DNA of 47,432 nucleotides from a bacterium (lineage in GTDB: Bacteria; Oederibacteriota; Muellerivitia; Muellerivitales; Muellerivitaceae): NCBI GenBank assembly GCA_035524855.1, contig DATKOC010000188.1:1-47432 (forward strand), written 5' to 3'. This document shows positions 43,197 to 47,432 of this stretch, one piece after another. The position numbers and the translations under genes were made by a program. Each line of letters starts with the position of its first letter. The stretch's first letter is position 1. The notes under the pieces were generated by a model. The model worked only from the letters and a program-made list of their open reading frames with translations, did not search any database and had not been told where the DNA came from.

Positions 43197-44213
43197 TTAA
43201 TTGATTTTTTTCGTCGATTGCCTTTCGATCAATTCCGCCTGGAGGGTGGTGGCCTTTTCCACCAGGGGCTCCTCGGCGATCATCTGGAACATCTTGTGGG
43301 CGGCCAGCTTGCCCATCTCATAGGCCGAGAAAGCCACGGTAGTCAGGGCTGGTTCATGGTAGGCCGCTTCCTCCATGTTGTCGAACCCGACAATGGACAT
43401 GTCCTCGGGGACCGAAAGACCCTTATCCTTCAGGGCCCGCATGGCCCCAATGGCCATCAAATCGTTGGCGCAAAGGATGGCGCTGGGACGGCGTACCGCG
43501 GAGAGGATCTTCAGGCAGGCCTTATAGCCCCCCTCCTCCTCGAAGTCCCCGTCGGCCACCCAATCGCTGTGGAACTCCAACTGATGGTCGGCCAGCATTT
43601 CCTGGAAAGCCTGGAAGCGCTCCAAGGCGTTGGTGGTGGTCATGCGGCCGTTGATGATGCCAATGCGCTCATGGCCCAGGTCCACCAGGTGCGCGATGGC
43701 CTTCTTGACACCGCCGCGGTTGTCAAAACCCACGTAAGGCAGTTCCTCCTGGGCGGTGATTTTGCCGTTAACCAGCACGAATGGAACGTTAGCCTCGGTG
43801 AGTTCACGTATCGAGGCGTCGGTGGACCAAGCGTTCAGGACGAACATGCCGTCCACACTGCCGTCACCCAGGAGCGTGCGGTAGGAAACCTGCGCCCGGG
43901 CAGTCTCGTTCAAGGGGTGGATCAGGAGGCGGTACTGGTGTTCGGCGGCGATCTCCTCCAGGCCCTGCATGATGTCGGTGAAAAAAGGACTGCGGAAAAT
44001 GGCGGTGTGGTGCGGCGCGATGACCCCGCAGATGCGGGAATGTTTTTGGCGAAGGCGTCGGGCGTGGGCTTGGGGCTTGTAATGCAAGTCCTTGATCGCC
44101 ACCAGGACCTTCTTGCGGCAGTCCTCGCTGACCCACTTCTTATTGTTCAAGACCCGCGAGACTGTGCCGATGGTCACACCGGCTTGCTTGGCGACATCCT
44201 TGATCGTGGCCAT
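43197..44213 (-). CDS. LacI-family transcriptional regulator
   Basis: 338 aa. The N-terminal HTH is MATIKDVAKQAGVTIGTVSRVLNN, followed by a periplasmic-binding-protein-like sugar-binding fold. AAGGAG Shine-Dalgarno. Confidence 0.9.
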   Translation of the reverse strand: MATIKDVAKQAGVTIGTVSRVLNNKKWVSEDCRKKVLVAIKDLHYKPQAHARRLRQKHSRICGVIAPHHTAIFRSPFFTDIMQGLEEIAAEHQYRLLIHPLNETARAQVSYRTLLGDGSVDGMFVLNAWSTDASIRELTEANVPFVLVNGKITAQEELPYVGFDNRGGVKKAIAHLVDLGHERIGIINGRMTTTNALERFQAFQEMLADHQLEFHSDWVADGDFEEEGGYKACLKILSAVRRPSAILCANDLMAIGAMRALKDKGLSVPEDMSIVGFDNMEEAAYHEPALTTVAFSAYEMGKLAAHKMFQMIAEEPLVEKATTLQAELIERQSTKKIN

Positions 44214-44405
44214 AAAGGCTCACTCCTTAAATTGTTTTTGGCGTCCCTGCAAGGAAACCAAATGACTTACGTTTTTTAATTAAGCCATGTGCTAATTTTG
44301 ACAGCCATTCTAATCGTAATTAGCTTGGGTATTCCAGCCCGCTACCAAAGTTTGTTTTTAGAAATTAAATTTTTTCCAGGGATGTCAGTTTTGATCCCAA
44401 CATGG

Positions 44406-44419
44406 TGAAAACGATTTCC
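44406..44419. promoter_or_regulatory. LacI/CcpA-type operator-like half-palindrome TGAAAACGATTTCC
   Basis: It matches the generic TGWNANCGNTNWCA pattern at all but the last constrained position. It lies in the 267-nt spacer between the CE4 gene and the LacI-family gene, about 190 nt upstream of the LacI ATG. Confidence 0.25.
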
Positions 44420-44480
44420 GGAAGAGAATTGCCCCCACCATGACTGGTTTAATCCGCCAAATAGGAGGCCCCGGCATTCA

Positions 44481-45485
44481 TTACGGTTTTTCCGGGACAA
44501 AAGTTTCAGCAACCTGCCGAAGCGTCACTTCCTTCTTGCTGAAATTAATGGAATAAAAACCCCTTTCATCGGCTGTGATTTTTTGGCCGCCTTGCGTCAC
44601 CTCCAAGCCCTTCGTTTTCGTGTCCACAGGCAAATCCAACTTGAGCGCAACGTTGCGAGGCATGAATTCCGGCAGTTCCCAAGTCCAGGTTTTTTTTCCA
44701 TCCTTCTCAACGACCTTCGCTTTCTCAAAAATCTTTTGGGCCCGGAAATAGCTCCCGACCTCGAGGAAGGTGCCGACCCAGAAATCATTCGCCTGCAGAT
44801 AATCCAGGATTTTCGTGAAGTTTTCGCGGGTGATGGGTTCCCACCCCCACTGGGTACCCTCCAAACCATGGATCATCCAAACCAGCCAGCCGCCCGTTTT
44901 CAGGTCCTCATCCATCCAGGATTGGTAATCCTTGAAGGCAAGATTGCTCTTGGTCGTCTGGGAGGGGATATCCCACCAATCCGGTTCCTGCTCGGCATTC
45001 ACAATGTAGGAACTATTTCCCCCACGGGCCAAAAGGTGGGTCTTTTCCACCCAACTCTTCAACCCCGACGTGTATTCCACGAAGGGATAGGCGAAAGTGA
45101 GTACCGGCACCCCAAATTCCTTCTGCAGGACATTCCGTGCTCCCGACACTTGGGCCTCCTCACCCTTGGAATCCAACTCCGTGGGGTGTTTGTGGTCCAG
45201 GGTATGGTTCCCTATCTCGTGGCCGGAGGCGAGAATTTTCCGCCACTCATCCTTCCGGTCGGTCTTGTTCGCGATGAGGTAAAAAGTCCCCCTCATCTTG
45301 CGTTTGTCCAGTTCCGGAACGGCCACGTCCAAATGGGAGGAATCGCTGTCGTCAAAGGTGAGGGAGGTCGCGGCCTTATGGCCGTTCCAGGGAACAACGG
45401 CGAGGCCAGGAAGCGAAGTGGAGGCGCCCAGGCATGCCGCCGCCATCAGCCATAGGCCCATCAATATCCAAGATGTCTTTTTCAT
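44481..45485 (-). CDS. Secreted polysaccharide deacetylase (CE4 / NodB homology domain)
   Basis: 334 aa with a signal peptide. NodB motifs are TFDD, HEIGNHTLDH and AYPF. A C-terminal beta-rich extension follows. Confidence 0.8.
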   Translation of the reverse strand: MKKTSWILMGLWLMAAACLGASTSLPGLAVVPWNGHKAATSLTFDDSDSSHLDVAVPELDKRKMRGTFYLIANKTDRKDEWRKILASGHEIGNHTLDHKHPTELDSKGEEAQVSGARNVLQKEFGVPVLTFAYPFVEYTSGLKSWVEKTHLLARGGNSSYIVNAEQEPDWWDIPSQTTKSNLAFKDYQSWMDEDLKTGGWLVWMIHGLEGTQWGWEPITRENFTKILDYLQANDFWVGTFLEVGSYFRAQKIFEKAKVVEKDGKKTWTWELPEFMPRNVALKLDLPVDTKTKGLEVTQGGQKITADERGFYSINFSKKEVTLRQVAETFVPEKP

Positions 45486-45499
45486 GGTTTACTCCGGAC

Positions 45500-45544
45500 A
45501 AAAAAATAGCCCCGGGCGGGCCTTTCGGCGCGCTACGGGGCTAT
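45500..45544 (-). terminator. Rho-independent terminator after glnK
   Basis: The minus strand reads AUAGCCCCG...CGGGGCUAU with a GC-rich inner stem, followed by UUUUUUU. It lies 20 nt after the glnK stop. Confidence 0.65.
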
Positions 45545-45563
45545 TAGTTTAACCCAAAAAACC

Positions 45564-45899
45564 TTAGATGGCTTTATCGCCCTTTTCGCCGGTGCGGATC
45601 CGGATAGCGTTCGAGACGGCGGAAACGAAGATCTTTCCGTCGCCGATCTCACCCGTCCTGGCCTGCTTGACGATGATATCCACCACTTTGTTCAAGTGCT
45701 TGTCCGAAACCACCGCGGTCAGGATCAGCTTGGGCAGGAGCCCCTCGACGCTTTGTCCCCGGTAGGATTCGGTGATTCCCTTCTGCTTGCCGTGGCCTTG
45801 AACTTCCGCCACGGTCACGCCCGCGTATCCGACGGATTTCAACCCGTCCAATACGGCCCTCAGGGCGCTGGGCCGGATGATTGCTTCTACTTTCTTCAT
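45564..45899 (-). CDS. glnK: PII nitrogen regulatory protein
   Basis: 111 aa. It starts MKKVEAIIRP, has a T-loop with Tyr (GITESYRGQS) and the GDGKIFV motif. It lies immediately downstream of amt. Confidence 0.9.
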   Translation of the reverse strand: MKKVEAIIRPSALRAVLDGLKSVGYAGVTVAEVQGHGKQKGITESYRGQSVEGLLPKLILTAVVSDKHLNKVVDIIVKQARTGEIGDGKIFVSAVSNAIRIRTGEKGDKAI

Positions 45900-45955
45900 T
45901 CTGTTTCCTCCCTCACGGTTTTACCGTGGTTTGTTGACTTCGTTTACTGGCTTTT

Positions 45956-45978
45956 GCCGGCGGCCATCGGCCGCCGGC
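45956..45978 (-). other. GC-only stem-loop in the amt-glnK spacer
   Basis: GCCGGCGGCC-ATC-GGCCGCCGGC is a perfect 10-bp stem with a 3-nt loop and no U-tract. It lies in the 91-nt intercistronic region. Confidence 0.4.
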
Positions 45979-45990
45979 TGCCGACTGCCT

Positions 45991-47364
45991 TTAAATCATG
46001 TATCCTTCTTCGCCATGTTGCGAGAGGTCCAAGCCCAATTCCTCGTCCTTCTGGTTGACCCGCAGTCCGATCGTCTTTTCCACGAGGAAATACAGGACCA
46101 CGGTCATGACGAAGGAGAAGATCATCGTCGCCAAGACCGTCTTGACCTGGATCATCAGCTGGGCGGGATTGCCCGCGAACAATCCGTCGTGGCCGTTGAC
46201 CGACTTGACGGCCCAGAGGCCGGTGGCGATGGCGCCGAAAGTGCCACCAACACCGTGCACGCCGAAGGCGTCCAGGGAATCGTCATAACCCATCTTGAGC
46301 TTCACTTGGATGGCCAGGTAGCAGAACACGCTGACCAAGGCGCCGATCCAGATTGAACCGGAGAGGTTCACGAAGCCGCAGGCGGGGGTGATGGCCACTA
46401 GGCCCGCCACCGCGCCCGAGGCCGCGCCCAAGGTCGTCGCCTTGCCGCGGTGCAGGAGCTCGATCACGCACCAGGAGATGGCCGCCATGGCGGTCGCCGT
46501 GTTGGTCGTCACGAAGGCGTTGCAGGAAAGCGCGTTGGCCGCGCAGGCCGAACCGGCGTTAAACCCGAACCACCCGAACCACAGCAGGCTGGCGCCCAAG
46601 AGCACCAGGGTCAGGTTGTGGGGGGCCATGTTTTCCTTGCCGTACCCTTTGCGGGTTCCGAGCAAGAGGGCCAAGGCCAGGGCCGAATAACCGGCGGTCA
46701 TATGCACCACCGTGCCTCCAGCGAAGTCCAAAGCGCCCAAAGCGCAGAAGTACCCGTTGGGCGACCAGACCCAGTGGCAGACGGGATCGTAAACGAAAGT
46801 GGCCCAGAGCAGGGAGAAGAGAACGAACCCCTTGAAGCTCACCCTCTCGGCGTAGGCGCCACAGATCAAGGCCGGGGTGATGATGGCGAACATGGCCTGG
46901 AAGATCATGTAAGCGTAATGGGGAACCGTGGGAGCCAAGGGGCTCACATCCGGCATGCCGTCCAGCATGAACCACTTCATGCCCCCCATCCAGGCGTTGC
47001 CATCCCCAAAAGCCCAGGAATAGCCAAACACCACCCATTGGACGCTGATCAGGCAGATCATGAAGAAGCTCTGCATGATCGTGGCCATCACGTTCTTCCG
47101 GCGGACCATGCCGGCGTAGAAAAAGGCCAGCCCGGGGGTCATCAACAACACCAAGGCCGACGAGGCCAACAACCAGGCCGTGTCACCCGCGCTGATGGCC
47201 GGTGCCGCGGGAGCCGCCGGGGCGGGAGTCGCCGCCGGAGCGGCAGCGGGTGCCGCCGTCTGGGCCATCGCTGAAACCGCTACGAGGAAGGAAAAACCGA
47301 CGAGAGCCAAAAGGACCGGTTTTTTCTTCAGGGAGCCGAACAAATCTTGAAGAAATTTCATCAC
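45991..47364 (-). CDS. amt: Ammonium transporter
   Basis: 457 aa. A signal peptide plus Ala/Pro-rich linker precedes an 11-TM Amt core with DFAGGTVVHMTAG and DAFGVHGVGGTFG. GTG-ATG start with AGGAGG upstream. Confidence 0.9.
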   Translation of the reverse strand: MMKFLQDLFGSLKKKPVLLALVGFSFLVAVSAMAQTAAPAAAPAATPAPAAPAAPAISAGDTAWLLASSALVLLMTPGLAFFYAGMVRRKNVMATIMQSFFMICLISVQWVVFGYSWAFGDGNAWMGGMKWFMLDGMPDVSPLAPTVPHYAYMIFQAMFAIITPALICGAYAERVSFKGFVLFSLLWATFVYDPVCHWVWSPNGYFCALGALDFAGGTVVHMTAGYSALALALLLGTRKGYGKENMAPHNLTLVLLGASLLWFGWFGFNAGSACAANALSCNAFVTTNTATAMAAISWCVIELLHRGKATTLGAASGAVAGLVAITPACGFVNLSGSIWIGALVSVFCYLAIQVKLKMGYDDSLDAFGVHGVGGTFGAIATGLWAVKSVNGHDGLFAGNPAQLMIQVKTVLATMIFSFVMTVVLYFLVEKTIGLRVNQKDEELGLDLSQHGEEGYMI

Positions 47365-47432
47365 TCTTCTCCTCCTGTTTTATTGGGACTCCCCAAAGGG
47401 AATCCAAAGTCCATTCGGGTAAAGCCAGTTTC

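Noticed and set aside
1-47432. Search for CRISPR repeats, transposase or integrase genes, rRNA and tRNA genes, toxin-antitoxin pairs and reverse transcriptases.
   Set aside because: None was recognised by eye. All spacers longer than 120 nt were read on both strands and contain only the promoter, terminator and palindrome elements listed above. A computational repeat or Rfam scan would still be needed for certainty.

Overview
This is a 47.4-kb, gene-dense, moderately GC-rich chromosomal segment from a diderm (Gram-negative-type) bacterium. I call 45 protein-coding genes, 41 on the minus strand, many joined by stop/start overlaps. I found no rRNA, tRNA, CRISPR array, transposase, integrase or phage gene. 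All family assignments come from motif recognition by eye, because I cannot run HMM or BLAST searches here. Left to right, the window holds: (1) the membrane half of an F-type ATP synthase operon (atpZ-I-B-E-F-H; atpH is cut by the window edge), preceded by a bifunctional-nuclease gene and a DUF3343 gene under a consensus sigma70 promoter; (2) an AMMECR1/Memo pair with a DUF1802 gene; (3) two transporters and two GT-C-type membrane glycosyltransferases; (4) the housekeeping block argJ-thiL-DJ1-tsaE-tsaB-rimI, plus a HAD phosphatase and an AraC/MGMT (Ada-like) gene; (5) mfd followed by three SurA/parvulin-type chaperone paralogues, the last fused to an outer-membrane beta-barrel-like domain; (6) a 51-aa orphan zinc anti-sigma (ZAS) mini-protein; (7) rex translationally coupled to a GNAT/polyprenol-kinase-like fusion; (8) a tightly coupled operon of membrane class III cyclase, ExeA-like AAA+ ATPase, CutA, histidine kinase and receiver; (9) a canonical phosphohexomutase beside a nucleotidyltransferase/mutase-like fusion; (10) an iron/redox locus with DUF59-Mrp-DUF971, a Fur box, a cytochrome c/FTR1 permease and DsbD; (11) LacI with a CE4 deacetylase; (12) amt-glnK. 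The best candidates for undescribed biology are the cyclase-ATPase-CutA-kinase-receiver operon, the SurA-PPIase-beta-barrel fusion and the rex-coupled GNAT/polyprenol-kinase fusion. All three are inferences from architecture and gene order, not demonstrated systems.
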